This document shows, piece after piece, positions 38,814-50,892 of a stretch of 64,000 nucleotides of DNA. Source of the DNA: Tieghemostelium lacteum. Lineage: Eukaryota. The DNA lies in NCBI GenBank assembly GCA_001606155.1, contig LODT01000016.1, forward strand, positions 449,870 to 513,869, written 5' to 3'. Made by a program: the position numbers and the translations under genes. The notes beneath the pieces were generated by a model, which did no database searches, had not been told where the DNA came from, and worked only from the letters and a program-made list of their open reading frames with translations. Positions within the stretch are counted from its first letter, which is position 1, and each line of letters opens with the position of its first letter.

Positions 38814-39498
38814 ATGTGTAGGCTAGAAGAGTTGTTTGTCGATAAAGTCAGCCAACATTTTATATGTCCAATTGGAAAAGGTGTGATAGAAGACCCTATT
38901 ATAACACCTTGTGGGCATACATTTTGTAATTCATGTTTGGGAGGTTGGTTAAATACCAGAAGACAATGCCCAACAGATAGACTACCAGTTACACACAAAC
39001 AACTGATACCAAATTATTTGGTATTAAATTATATAGCGGACCTATCAGTTAAATGTGATCATCATGCGCAAGGATGTCAATGGATTGGTAAATGGTCTGC
39101 ACTATCTTGTCATTTAAGACAATGTCAAGCAGCATTACCTAAAATAAGATTTTGGGTATGTTTTTTTTATGTACATAAAGTGTTCAAACTATTCTAACTC
39201 GACAATTTATAAACAGTTAAAATATCATGTTCCATTTGGTCAACAAATTAGAGTAACAGGTAATTGTGAACAATTGGGTAACTGGGACCCTAAAAAAGCA
39301 TTTCCCCTCAAGTTTAGTCAAGGTGATACTTGGGAAGGAGAAATTATATTGGGATACCAAAGCGGACGTATAGAATATAAATATTTTATCTCTTATTTTG
39401 ATACTGGAGAATTAGTTTATTGGGAAGGTGGTGCAAATAGAGTAGTTTTAATTTCAGGTTCTTCTATATACAGAAGAGATATTTTTCGAAATCCATAG
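38814..39498 (+). CDS. RING-HC + TRAF-type zinc finger E3 ligase-like protein with a C-terminal CBM20 starch/glycogen-binding domain; exons 38814..39155 and 39217..39498
   Basis: RING: CPIGKGVIEDPIITPCGHTFCNSCLGGWLNTRRQCPTD. TRAF-ZnF: KCDHHAQGCQWIGKWSALSCHLRQC. Exon 2: QIRVTGNCEQLGNWDPKKAFPLKF..DTWEGEIIL...IEYKYFISYFDTGELVYWEGGANRVVLI, the CBM20 pattern (LGNW, two conserved Trp, YKY). GTATGT donor at 39156, aaacAG acceptor. Confidence 0.7.
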
Positions 39499-40478
39499 TT
39501 TCATTAAAACTACCTTTTAATATATAATAATAATATAATAATAATAACAATATAATAGTAACTTATAATTTCACAATCATTCAAATTCTCATATAATAAC
39601 ACACTTGACATATAACACACTCCAAATCAGGAATCCAAAAAAAAATCAACAACCATATAAGGTCAACCAAAACAAATCAATAATTTTACTTCTAGATTCA
39701 ATTCATAGAATACTTTATTCATTATAAAATATAGGTCCTCCTTTTCATTTAATTGTTTTTTGTTTAGTTTAGTTTTAGAGAGAAACCAGTAAAATAGAAA
39801 ATGGGAAATCTAAATGCACACACTTAACACCACCACACCACACTCTCAATACATCAAAAATATATTTATTCAATTTATTATAGATGCATTATCCAATAAA
39901 AAAAACATCAAAACACCACACACTCTGACATATAACACAATATTAGTGAGAATGTACATTAGTAATTTTTTATTAAATAATGAAAATAATAGGGAAAGTG
40001 AGATAGAGGGGGTGAATTTCAGAAAAACAAGTTCACCATACAATAATAAAGAATATATTGTTTTATATGTTACATTTTATATAATTAAAAAATCTGAGAT
40101 AACAACATTGGTGAAATTGGCGATTAGGTTTGAGAAAAAGGAGGACATGAAAAAACATTTGTCAGAATCTTGATTTTGATAATCGGAAAACTACTGTTTG
40201 TGGTGTGATTCAACCAGAAAGACATTAGGGTTGGAAATCAACAGAAAAAATGTGAAAATATGAAAATCTCTAAAGAGGAAAACCACCAACTTTTTTTTTT
40301 TTGTTAACTTTTCAAATAATATCAATTTTAATATAAATATATCAATTTATTTATAATCGTGTCAGGTTGTTTGAATATTTAAATAAGTTTTTATATTTAT
40401 TTTAAACAATTTTTTAATTAAAAAACTCAATTGTATATATATATATTTAAACTTATAAAATTATTTAAATAATAAGAA

Positions 40479-41005
40479 ATGGCAAATCAACATAGAGTTA
40501 GTTTAGCATTTGTTATATTGTCTATATTAGTTGGAGCACTTATGCTTGCAACTGGTATTTACATTTTTGCCAGCTCATTTTGGAGATCCATAACTTCATT
40601 TGTTATTGGATGTTATTATATTCTATTTGGAGTATTTATTATCTTATTTGAAATTATTCATATTCCACAGGTTCAAAAATTCATTGCCTTCTATTATTAC
40701 TGGATTGGTAAAGGTTTATTATTTATATTGTAAGTATAATTTTTGATTCTCTTTTGATGAATATACATATTAATTATTAAATTATTTTATTTAGTTTTGG
40801 ATTTTTAATATTACAAGATCATGGATTCTTTTTATTTGTTGGTATTGTTATTTTAGTAGTTGGTGTATTATTATGTGTAATGCACTTTATATTACCTGCT
40901 CCAACCGCTTTAATTGTTAGAGAACGTCATTCTTCTGATTATGGTCAAAAACATTCACATACAACAACAACAACAACTCAATCACAACATAACTCAAATC
41001 CATAA
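40479..41005 (+). CDS. small four-TM membrane protein (hypothetical); exons 40479..40729 and 40795..41005
   Basis: Four hydrophobic segments. GTAAGT donor at 40730, atttAG acceptor. C-terminal polar tail ...SDYGQKHSHTTTTTTQSQHNSNP. Confidence 0.45.
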
Positions 41006-41209
41006 ATTATAACATTTTAAATAAATATGTAAATTCTCATATTTAAAAATTTTTTTGTATAGGTTCTATAAATAAATTATTATAATGAAATCCTATTTGG
41101 GTTCCACAATATGATTTTTTTTTTTTGGGTTTTTTTGGTTAAATATATTTATTCTAACAAAGATTTTAAAATATAAATCTATTACTATTATTATGTTGTA
41201 TTATTATTA

Positions 41210-42247
41210 TTATTTTGAATGGGATTCATTTGTATGTTCAGCATGGAATTTTTCTAGTAAAGATACATCATGAGATGAACCCATAAATACTGGATTTCTT
41301 TGATGAATATTCTTTGGAACCAAATCTAAACAAGCAGTTTTACCATCTGATGATTTACCACCAGCTTGTTCAACAATAAAAGAAAGTGGAGCTACTTCAT
41401 AGAGGAATCTTAATTTACCTTGAGGTGATTTGGAGTCAGCTGGATACATAAAGATACCACCGTACAATAGTGTACGATGAACATCACTGACCATTGAACC
41501 TATATATCTACTGGAATATGGAGTTTTACCACCTTCATTTGATTTTATATGATTTACGTAGTTTTGAGTTGACTTATCCCAATAGACAGAGTTTCCTTCA
41601 TTGATAGAATAGATTTGACCTTTATGTTTGATGGTCATGTGACTGTGAGTTAGAATGAATTCACCAACTGTATTATCAAGAGTGAATCCAAATACACCAT
41701 TACCCAATGTCAATACCAACATGGTTGCACTACCATACAATGCATATCCAGAAGCAATCATATCACGACCTTTTCTAAGAACATCTTTCTCAGAGAAATT
41801 CTTGTCTGAACTGATTTTAGGCCAGACACCAAAGATAGAACCTACACTGACGTTACAATCCAAATTTGAACTACCATCTAATGGATCGAATGTGATTACA
41901 AAGTTACCAGATTGACCTTCTGGTACTGGGATAATAGAGTCTTCCTCTTCAGATACCATACAAAATACCTCTCTAGTTGATTTCAGTGCCATTTTAAATG
42001 CATCATTTGCAATGATATCCAGTTTCTTTACATCCTCTGAATGTACATTGGTTATACCAGCTAGACCAAACAATTGTTCGAAACCTGCTCTCTTAATAGC
42101 ATTATTAGTGATCTTACAAGCCAATTGAATACCTTGCATAAGATTAGCCATCTCTAAACGATGTGCTAAATCCTTATGTGTTTCTGATAGTAACCATCTA
42201 TTTAATGTTATTAAATTGGTATGTGACATTCTCTCTCTAAACCACAC
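41210..42247 (-). CDS. fbp: fructose-1,6-bisphosphatase (class I FBPase)
   Basis: Single exon. [14 protein letters not shown]...[44 protein letters not shown]...[21 protein letters not shown] gives the FBPase metal-binding and active-site motifs. An alternative start MSHTNL lies 6 codons downstream (42229). Confidence 0.9.
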   Translation of the reverse strand: MWFRERMSHTNLITLNRWLLSETHKDLAHRLEMANLMQGIQLACKITNNAIKRAGFEQLFGLAGITNVHSEDVKKLDIIANDAFKMALKSTREVFCMVSEEEDSIIPVPEGQSGNFVITFDPLDGSSNLDCNVSVGSIFGVWPKISSDKNFSEKDVLRKGRDMIASGYALYGSATMLVLTLGNGVFGFTLDNTVGEFILTHSHMTIKHKGQIYSINEGNSVYWDKSTQNYVNHIKSNEGGKTPYSSRYIGSMVSDVHRTLLYGGIFMYPADSKSPQGKLRFLYEVAPLSFIVEQAGGKSSDGKTACLDLVPKNIHQRNPVFMGSSHDVSLLEKFHAEHTNESHSK

Positions 42248-42764
42248 TAATAAACTTTAAAAAATTTTTTTTAGAAATGATTATGCTTTAAATTAAATTT
42301 TAAAATTGAAAATTGGAAATTTACAAATCATTTTTTTACAAATTTAAATATCTTTTTTTTACGAATGTTGGAAGTATTCTTTTATTTCATTCAATATTCT
42401 GGATTTTTCACCTTTGAATATTAATACCATTAGGATTTCAAAGATTTACAATTAAACCATTATGGGTGGTGAAAAGTGGGGAAAACAGAATTTTGTACAA
42501 ATCTTAAAAATACAAAAAAAATCTACAAACACATACAAGATTAAAAAAAAAAATATTTTTATCTATCAAAATTTTTAATGTAGCTACCCATCTCCTTGAA
42601 GTAACTTTTTCCTAAAAAGGTAAAATTTCAAAAAGAAATTTGTTAATTAAATTTTAAATTTTCAAACTTCAAAAAGAAATTTCTTTTTTTACTCACTTTT
42701 CACCACCAAAGTTTTGATTAATTATTTGGGTTATAGTTATTTTTATATTTTACAAAATAACTAT

Positions 42765-45252
42765 ATGAAAATGGATAGTTATAGAAATTTAATAGAGAAA
42801 GAATTAAAATTAGATGATGCATTGGATCGAATTCCATTGTATAATGCCGATAGAAATCATTGTATTTTAAATGATCTAGTTATATCATTTCCATTGACTT
42901 CTAAACAGATTAGAGAATACAATGAGGTGTCTAGTAGATACAATAATTGTAAACAATTGTTTATAGATTACCAAAAAGAGTGTACTCAACAAGATTTCAG
43001 TAAACAGCCTATTCCGCCTCACCTTATCAATGCCAATAAATCACACATCCCAAGAGAATTAGATGATAAAATTAAAAGTATTTTATCACCATTCGAATAT
43101 CAACAATATATAGTATCCAAATTTAATTTTTTTGGATTAAAAGAACCAAAATCCAAAAAGGATAAATTATCACCAGTATCCCTCAATACCCTAGCTGAAA
43201 GCATTTCACAATTCTCATTAGTCTCACAAAATTTTCCAATTCAATTTCTAAAAGTTTCCAAATCTAAATCACAAAATAGAATTCCTCACATTAACTCTAT
43301 AAAACTATACGATAGAATTGGAAATACTTTTAAATTTTTTAAATCTAATATTCATAATGATGTAAGTTCTAAAAATGAATATTGATATCATATAAATCAA
43401 AAACTAATATATATATATTTTAATATAAATAGTTATTATTTAAAATGTATTTTAATTCAACATGCATTTTTAATAAGGAACCAATTGTAGATGATAACCA
43501 AGTGGAATATAATGTAAATTTAATAAGGAAATCCAAAAAGACTAATGAAATTATACTCAGTAAAATCATTATACCAAAACCCAATTTCTCAGATAAATAC
43601 TCTATTATCTATTTTGAAGGAAAAGAGAATTTTGAAACACATAAAAGAGTGGAATACAGTACTATAGATTTTGCAGAGGCTGTCAATCTATTTAAAACCA
43701 TTTTCAAATTGAAAACCTCAATTGATTTTCCAATAGAAACCAAAGACAGTAAATCCAAGGACTTAGAAACATCTTACCTAAATTTAGATTTTAAAAAATG
43801 TCAAGTTGTAAAGAAATTTCCAGAATTTAATAACATACCAAAACTTAAAGATATCGCATTTTCAATGATTAGAGAATTAATCTTATTGTATGTATTAATA
43901 TTTTAAATAGCTTAAATTATTATTTTAATAATTAATTTTTTTTGGAAAATAGGGATAAACAATGGTTCGACAAATATTTAACAAGATTACCTAAGGAGTT
44001 AATTGAAGATTTAATTGGGTCATGCCAGTTGGATAAAACTCCTAATGGGTTTAATAGTATGATATATTTGGTGGAAAAGTGTAGAATGATAAACAATAGA
44101 AATGAATTTACAGAAAATAATATAGTTTTACCAACGGTTGAAAAGGTAATTAAATTGGCAAATGAACATGATCATTGGTTTGCATATTCATTGGAAAAGG
44201 GAATTTCACAGAATATATATCACCCTTACAATACTGATTTTCTAATTGATGTATTTGAAAATCATGATAGATTTATACTGAAACAATGGGAGGATGAATC
44301 ACAATATATACTTAAATCTAATGAATACATAGATTATGGTAAACCATCTATAGTGTCAATGGATCAATTTCATTTGAATTTCAGTAAAGAAACTTCCATG
44401 CGTTTGAACAGTGATTTTGATTGGTCTAATACTGTTATTATGGGTGGTTTGGTATTATTATGTTTACTAGAAAACGGAGACAATAATAGTCATCTATTAG
44501 AGTCATTTAAATCCACTAGTGTGAATTTCTATTTTTATGGTCTCACACAAAACGAAATTATACAAAAAATTAATGGATTTATAAGTAATGTGTTAAAAGA
44601 TGATTTTAAAAACTATTCTATGACCAAGTCGTTAAAAGGTACTTTGACTCTATCGAAACATCACCCTTATAGACATCTTACATTTCATTTGGAAGCATAT
44701 CAAAGTAAATCACATATTTTGGTTACTAATGATATGAATTCCAATGCATTTCTCTATGATGGTGATAGAGTTTTTTGCTTGTATAGATCAATGGAATCTG
44801 TAAATTATCGTGTAAATTTTGCATCTAAATTCTCATGGATGTTGAATGGTGATGTAAATTACCAAAATAGATTAGTTACCTATTACGAACGTGGTTTTTC
44901 AGTTATATCCTTTGATTTGGGATTCTTTAAAGATATTCAAGAATTTGATCCACATCATAATCATTCTGGGTTGGCATTATTATATTCATGTCATAAGAAT
45001 AGTGCTGTATTGGATTTTCTAAAATCATCAGTACTCACTATACCCTATGGAGAAGATATTGATAAAAATGAATTTCAAACCCTTATACATGATCACACCT
45101 ATTTCTCAAGATACCAAGAGGTTTCAATGGATTATCTCAACCTAGACCATCATCACCAATACCCAAATAATAGAAAGTTCTCATCACTATCAGCTAATCT
45201 ATTCCCTTATCTAACTATTCAACCACCTTTTGATGTCTTATTTGATATCTAA
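42765..45252 (+). CDS. hypothetical protein, 3 exons: 42765..43361, 43433..43887, 43953..45252
   Basis: Three long ORFs join in frame via GTAAGT (43362) to aatAG, and GTATGT (43888) to aaatAG. No recognisable domain from the sequence alone. Confidence 0.45.
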
Positions 45253-45276
45253 TAAATACTATAGATTCTATATTTA

Positions 45277-46787
45277 TTAATATTTTAAAGATTTAAGTTC
45301 TTGTTGAATATTTGATAGATTTACTAGAGATTGTTGACTTGTACTTAAATCTTTAATATAAACTTGATTGGATCGGTATTCATTCTCACCTAGAATGATT
45401 GCATATTTTGAGTTTAATTTATCAGCTTTTTTAATTTGCTTGGTGGTTGTAAGATTCTCTAAATCAAATGAAGGTATCATTACATAGAATCCTTGTGATC
45501 TTAGTTTATAACATAATTTATATGCATTATCAATCATTGTAGAATCTGTAATTATAATAGATATTGGTTGTGATTTTTTAGGTAACAAATCTTGATTCAT
45601 AAATAATAATACTCTATCGATACCTGTAGCCCACCTGTAAAATTATTAGATTATTATATTACTATAATGTGCGTGTGATATTTCACACTTTTTTGAAATT
45701 ATTAATAAAGTTATTTTACATACCCTATAGAAGGTAGGATATATGAACCTGTTAGACCTAGTTGATTAGCTAAACCATCATATCTACCACCACCTAATAA
45801 TGCAAGTGGTATAGAATCACTTTGATTTGGATCTTTATATACAACTTCAAATATTGTATGTTTATAGTAATCTAAACCTCTGACTAAAGAATTATCACAT
45901 TGATATGGAATCTCCAATTGAGTTAGAGATCTTAGAATGGAATTATATCTATCTTTTGACTGTGTATTGAGATGATCTAATAATATAGGTGCCAATTTAT
46001 TAATTTCAATATCACTTGCGTCTTTTGAATCTAGAATTCTTAATGTATTTCCTCTCTCCAAACGCACTTTTGAGTCATTTGAGAGTACATCTTTATGCTT
46101 GCTATAAAACTGTTTAAGTGATTGGTTATAACTAGTAATAGACTCTTGATCACCTAACGAATTAATTCTAAGACTTAAATGATCTTTTTCAATTCCAAAT
46201 CTTTGAATAAAATCCCATGCCATACTTATAATTTCCACATCCGATTGAGGATGTGAATCACCTATTAATTCACATCCTAACTGTTCAAATTGTCTAGATC
46301 TACCTTTTTGTGGACGTTCATAACGAAACATTGGACCTTCATAAAAATATCTTTGGTTTGGTAGTGCAGGATTTGTAAGAGATGCTTGAACAATTGCACG
46401 TATTACACCAGCTGTACCTTCAGGTCTCAATGATATTCTCTGACCTGACTCATCAGTCCAATTATACATTTCCTTTTGAACTATATCTGAAAATTCACCA
46501 ACACTTCTATTAAAAAGTTCATAGGGTTCTATAATGGGTGTTGATATTTCTCTGTAACCGTAGAGTGATGATAGATTTCTGCCGATTTCTTTTACATAGT
46601 TATATTGTTCTTTTTTATCTGGGAAATAGTCATTACAGCCTTTTATACTTTTTATAGTTCCTGATCCTGGTATACTACTCGTACTAAAATATCTAAAATT
46701 ATAAAATTGAAATGGTAATTTAATTCTTTGAATTATCATTTTTTTGATTTTGTAAAATAAAAAAATTATCAAAACACACAAAGTCAT
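45277..46787 (-). CDS. histidyl-tRNA synthetase (class II aaRS; bacterial/organellar type, probably mitochondrial); exons 46787..45724 and 45634..45277
   Basis: Class II motifs (...RYERPQKGRSRQFEQLGCELIG...; GGGRYDGLANQLG) and RGLDYY, the HisRS signature. C-terminal anticodon-binding domain. GTATGT donor, 89-nt intron, tttacAG acceptor. The N-terminus looks like a presequence; the alternative ATG at 46739 (MIIQRIK) is possible. Confidence 0.8.
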
Positions 46788-46863
46788 TTTATATATCTTA
46801 TACTGTTTTTTTTTTATTTTTTTTTTATTGTTAAAGTAGTAGATTAATAACAACAACAAAGTA

Positions 46864-47868
46864 ATGGATATCTATCAGAATAAAGAAAAAGCAGTTAAAA
46901 AATGGATAGAATATTTATTAGAAATTGATAATTTGAATGATAACAATATATATGAACTGCTAAGAGATGGTAGAATGCTTTGTAAAATTATGAATAAATT
47001 TCATTCTAGAATTGATTATATACATTATAGTGATAGTGGAAATCTACCAAAATTCAAACAGATTGAAAATATCAATTTGTTTATAAAGAAATGTAGATTG
47101 TATCTACCAGAAGAACAGATATTTCACACTAATGATCTATTGGATCCTCAGAATCTTGAAATTGTTTTTGACACTCTAATCTACCTAAGTAACTATTTTG
47201 AAAAAAATGGAATCGTAGAACAACAACCTGATATGGATATGAGTTCAAGTAGTATATCTTCATTCTCAAGTAACTCAAGTGAAGATAATTTAAATGATAG
47301 AACTAGACAACAACAACAACAACAACTACAACTACCACTACAACCTCAACAACAGTCTACAAATGTATTTATAGATAATAGTAGTATAGAAGAAGAAGAA
47401 GAAGAAGAAGAAGTAGAAGATATAGATGAAGAATATGACTCTGATTATGATTTACAAGATGACATAATGGAGAATGAAGAAGATAGTTTTCAAAATTTAT
47501 TTTCATTAGATAGTTCATTATCAAAGAGTAATTCAAAATCACAGAGTAATATAAATACTAATAGTAGAAATAGAGTAGCACCTTTTAAGAAAGGAATTAA
47601 TGGCTATATTTTAGATGGTATAATTGAAATTAAATATAGTATTTTAGTACCATTTTTTATTAGTTTAGCTACTGGATTTGGTATCAAATTTGGAAGATCT
47701 TGTTTTGTTCAAGTATGTAAATATACCAAATGGCTTGAACAAAACCATCATAGTATATTCAATTTTAGTAATTCACAACTCATGATGCAATCCTATTATA
47801 ATAGTCTAAAATTATTCCTAAATACAAGTATTGAAAGACTATTTCAAAGTTCTTCATTTTTAAAATAA
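46864..47868 (+). CDS. calponin-homology (CH) domain protein with an acidic/Ser-rich C-terminal region; hypothetical
   Basis: N-terminal ~110 aa KKWIEYLL...GRMLCKIMNKFH...FKQIENINLFIKKC...LEIVFDTLIYLSNYF fit a CH domain. poly-E stretch and poly-Q. Confidence 0.5.
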   Translation: MDIYQNKEKAVKKWIEYLLEIDNLNDNNIYELLRDGRMLCKIMNKFHSRIDYIHYSDSGNLPKFKQIENINLFIKKCRLYLPEEQIFHTNDLLDPQNLEIVFDTLIYLSNYFEKNGIVEQQPDMDMSSSSISSFSSNSSEDNLNDRTRQQQQQQLQLPLQPQQQSTNVFIDNSSIEEEEEEEEVEDIDEEYDSDYDLQDDIMENEEDSFQNLFSLDSSLSKSNSKSQSNINTNSRNRVAPFKKGINGYILDGIIEIKYSILVPFFISLATGFGIKFGRSCFVQVCKYTKWLEQNHHSIFNFSNSQLMMQSYYNSLKLFLNTSIERLFQSSSFLK

Positions 47869-48000
47869 ATTATAGTAATAGATTTTAAATTATATATATG
47901 GATGGATATATATAGGTTTGTGCTCTTGGTTTTTTTACACAATAGTATTGCAAAAACTAATATTAGTATTAGTAACATGTTATTTTATTAGAATGACTGT

Positions 48001-48405
48001 TTAGGCATATTTTGGTCTTAATTTAGCAACAAGGTCAACGTAAGCTTTTTGTGCAGCCTCTTTTGAGGTACCTTTGTGTTTGTTCCAAGCTTCCCATTTA
48101 GCTTTGGCTTCAATTTGAACAGCCCATGGTTGACTGCCAGTGTTATCACCTAATTTCAAAATAAAAATATATAAACTTTATATTAGAAAGATCTGAACAG
48201 ATATCTAAAGAATTCAAATCTCTTACCTTCAGTAGCTTGTTTGTATAAACCATATAATTCTAAAAGTTCTTCATTGATTGGTTTTGTGGTGAAGGTTTTA
48301 ACTTCAGCAGATGCTTTGGTGAATTCCTAAAATCAAAGTAACTTGATTAGTATCCATAGATTGAGGAACTACAAATTTAATGGTAAAAATTCTTACTTCT
48401 GACAT
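48001..48405 (-). CDS. acbA: acyl-CoA-binding protein (ACBP/AcbA); exons 48405..48397 (9-nt micro-exon MSE), 48326..48227, 48149..48001
   Basis: MSE|[34 protein letters not shown]|[48 protein letters not shown] is full ACBP homology ([16 protein letters not shown]). Donors GTAAGA and GTAAGA; acceptors ttttAG and aattAG. Confidence 0.85.
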
Positions 48406-48735
48406 GTTTTAGTAAGTGTGTTATGATTTTTATAATAATGAAAATAAATAAAAAAAAATTTTCAATTTAAAAAAAATACTGTTCATGAATGGTGTTAGAA
48501 ATTACTAAAACTTATCAAAAAATATATAATTATTATTAGTTATTTGTTTATAAGAATCAATCTATTTTCTTTTGATTTGTTTTATTATAATAGTATTGAT
48601 TTAGTGCAAACTGGAGGTGTAAAATATAATATAAATGTACTATTTTCAATTAAATTTATATTATATATAATTAAGTAATAATTATTTATCAGTTTTAGAA
48701 TGTATTTTTTTTAGTACTATTGGTATTTGGAGGGA

Positions 48736-50682
48736 TTAATCATTTAGATAAGGTATTTTAATTTCAGTGTGTGGGCAATCTGGACCTAAATTACCAATAG
48801 ATTTTAATTTATCAGTCATTGTAGTAATTGAATTGAAAACTAAGTCACTACCATCAAGTGGGACTATGAATTTGAAACCTAGAGGGAATTCAGTTGAAGG
48901 AGGTACATCTTCCCTAGATACACGTTTATGAGTTGGTTTGGTGGCTTTAATCTTACTAATGGTGAATGGAGTCTTTATAGGATCATTAAGAGACAAACGA
49001 ATAAGAAAAGTGTTCTCTGGTCGACCTCTCAAACGTCTCTCAGCAGTATCTTTTGAGATATCGTAATGGAACCATTTTCTCTTGAGAAGTTCTAACATGT
49101 CTCTCAGAATGGCAGGTCCAACTTGATTTGAAAAGAACTGACCAAACCATTTTGACATGAGATCGAATTTCTCTAGACCCACAAAACCATCAACTTCTTC
49201 ATCATGGTTCTGAGAGACAAAGAGATTAAAAAGTGGTTTTAAAGTGGCAATGTCAATCTGCACCTGTTGAGATAGTTTCTTTAAGAAATCCACCCATTTT
49301 ACTTCATCAGGAGCTACAAAAGAATGTTTCCAAAACTGAGAAGACTCAGCATTTGGTAGTGCGATATCAATGAGTACGTTATTAAGTTCTGAAGAAACCT
49401 CACTAAATGAAGGTCTATTCTTGGGATCATGGTCCCAACATCTAGTCATAAGTGTTCGGAGGGATTTTGGAAAATGTGGTGGTATAGTAGGACGAATTCT
49501 CTTATTGCAAATAGCATCGTAAAATGGTTCGACATCAGAATACTCTGGGAACAGTTCTTCACAAGTTGCCAACTCATGAAGAATCAAACCAAAACTATAG
49601 ACATCAGCCTTCTCATTGAACTCTTGTTTCATCATAACTTCAGGACACATATACAACATTGTACCTCTAGGACCTCTTTGATCTGATAAAGTAGTTCCAC
49701 TCTTTATAACTTGACTGAACCCAAAATCACCAATTTTAACAGTTTTATCTTTACCAATCATTAAATTTGCCAATTTCAAATCTCTATGAATTATATTACA
49801 GATTCCATGTAACCAGTTCATACCCAATGCAGCATCCGATGCCATTTTCATTCTTTGAAATAGTGATGGTGGATCTACATCTGGATTATGAATTACTTTC
49901 TCTAAATCCGAATGCATGAGTTCAGAGACAATCATAACTTTTCCAGGTTTAGTACAAGCACCTAGAAACAATACAACATTCGGATGAAATATCTGTCTCA
50001 TAATCTCCACTTCATTCTTGAATGATTTCAATTCGGATTCTGAGAGTGTTTGTTTTTTTGGTACTTTAACTGCAACTTTTTTACCTTGACATAATGCTCT
50101 ATAGACTTTACCATAGGCACCACCACCTAATAAATCTGTTTTACTATCAAATGTAACGTATTCTGGTGGAATTTCTGGTGGTCCATAATGTCTATGATGA
50201 TGATGTGTTGATAATGATTTCTTTTTTTCACTATCACCTTGTACTATTTGTGGTTGAATTTGAATTGGTGTTTGTGTAGTTGTTATGGTTACAGGTATAT
50301 TTTGAGTAGTTGTAGTTGTAGTTGTAGGTAATGGTGTAGTTGAAGGTGTTGTTTGTTTAGGTTGTTGTACATCATAACCATAAAATTCAACAACTTGTGT
50401 TTGTTGAGCTGTTGCACTAGTAGTTGATGTAAGACTTGGTGATGGTGAATTTGGTGATAATGCCATAAGATCATTGAAATTACCTTCAATAAACTTTAAT
50501 TTTGTCTCTATAGAAACAATAATTGATTTATTTGAATCATTATTCTGTTGTTGATTTTGATTCTTTAATAAGATATTTAAAATATTTCTCAATTGTTGAT
50601 AGTAGTTTATAACTCTGTCTCTATCTGTTGGTGTATCTGATTCAAGATACTGTTTAATTAAATTTAAATCTAAATCTGCCAT
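48736..50682 (-). CDS. SH2-domain protein kinase of the Shk (dual-specificity, TKL-like) family
   Basis: Single ORF of 648 aa. Kinase subdomains GGGAYGKVYRA, VAVK, HRDLKLANLMI, DFGFS, MCPE. C-terminal SH2: WFHYDISKDTAERRLRGRPENTFLIRLSL. Kinase followed by a C-terminal SH2 is the Dictyostelium shkA-E architecture. The N-terminus has a poly-Thr linker. Confidence 0.8.
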   Translation of the reverse strand: MADLDLNLIKQYLESDTPTDRDRVINYYQQLRNILNILLKNQNQQQNNDSNKSIIVSIETKLKFIEGNFNDLMALSPNSPSPSLTSTTSATAQQTQVVEFYGYDVQQPKQTTPSTTPLPTTTTTTTQNIPVTITTTQTPIQIQPQIVQGDSEKKKSLSTHHHHRHYGPPEIPPEYVTFDSKTDLLGGGAYGKVYRALCQGKKVAVKVPKKQTLSESELKSFKNEVEIMRQIFHPNVVLFLGACTKPGKVMIVSELMHSDLEKVIHNPDVDPPSLFQRMKMASDAALGMNWLHGICNIIHRDLKLANLMIGKDKTVKIGDFGFSQVIKSGTTLSDQRGPRGTMLYMCPEVMMKQEFNEKADVYSFGLILHELATCEELFPEYSDVEPFYDAICNKRIRPTIPPHFPKSLRTLMTRCWDHDPKNRPSFSEVSSELNNVLIDIALPNAESSQFWKHSFVAPDEVKWVDFLKKLSQQVQIDIATLKPLFNLFVSQNHDEEVDGFVGLEKFDLMSKWFGQFFSNQVGPAILRDMLELLKRKWFHYDISKDTAERRLRGRPENTFLIRLSLNDPIKTPFTISKIKATKPTHKRVSREDVPPSTEFPLGFKFIVPLDGSDLVFNSITTMTDKLKSIGNLGPDCPHTEIKIPYLND

Positions 50683-50892
50683 TTCATTCCTCTTTGAAAA
50701 GGGGGGAAAACTTTAATAGGACTAATCAAAAAAAATAAAAATAAAAAAAAAAATAATGAAATCACATGTGTTTCTCAAAATGAATGATTATTTCAAAGGG
50801 ATTATATCTTTACATCTTCTAATAAAATTACAATATTATAGGAACAAAATAAAAAAAAAAGATAATATTTGCTTTTTTTATTATAATTTTCT

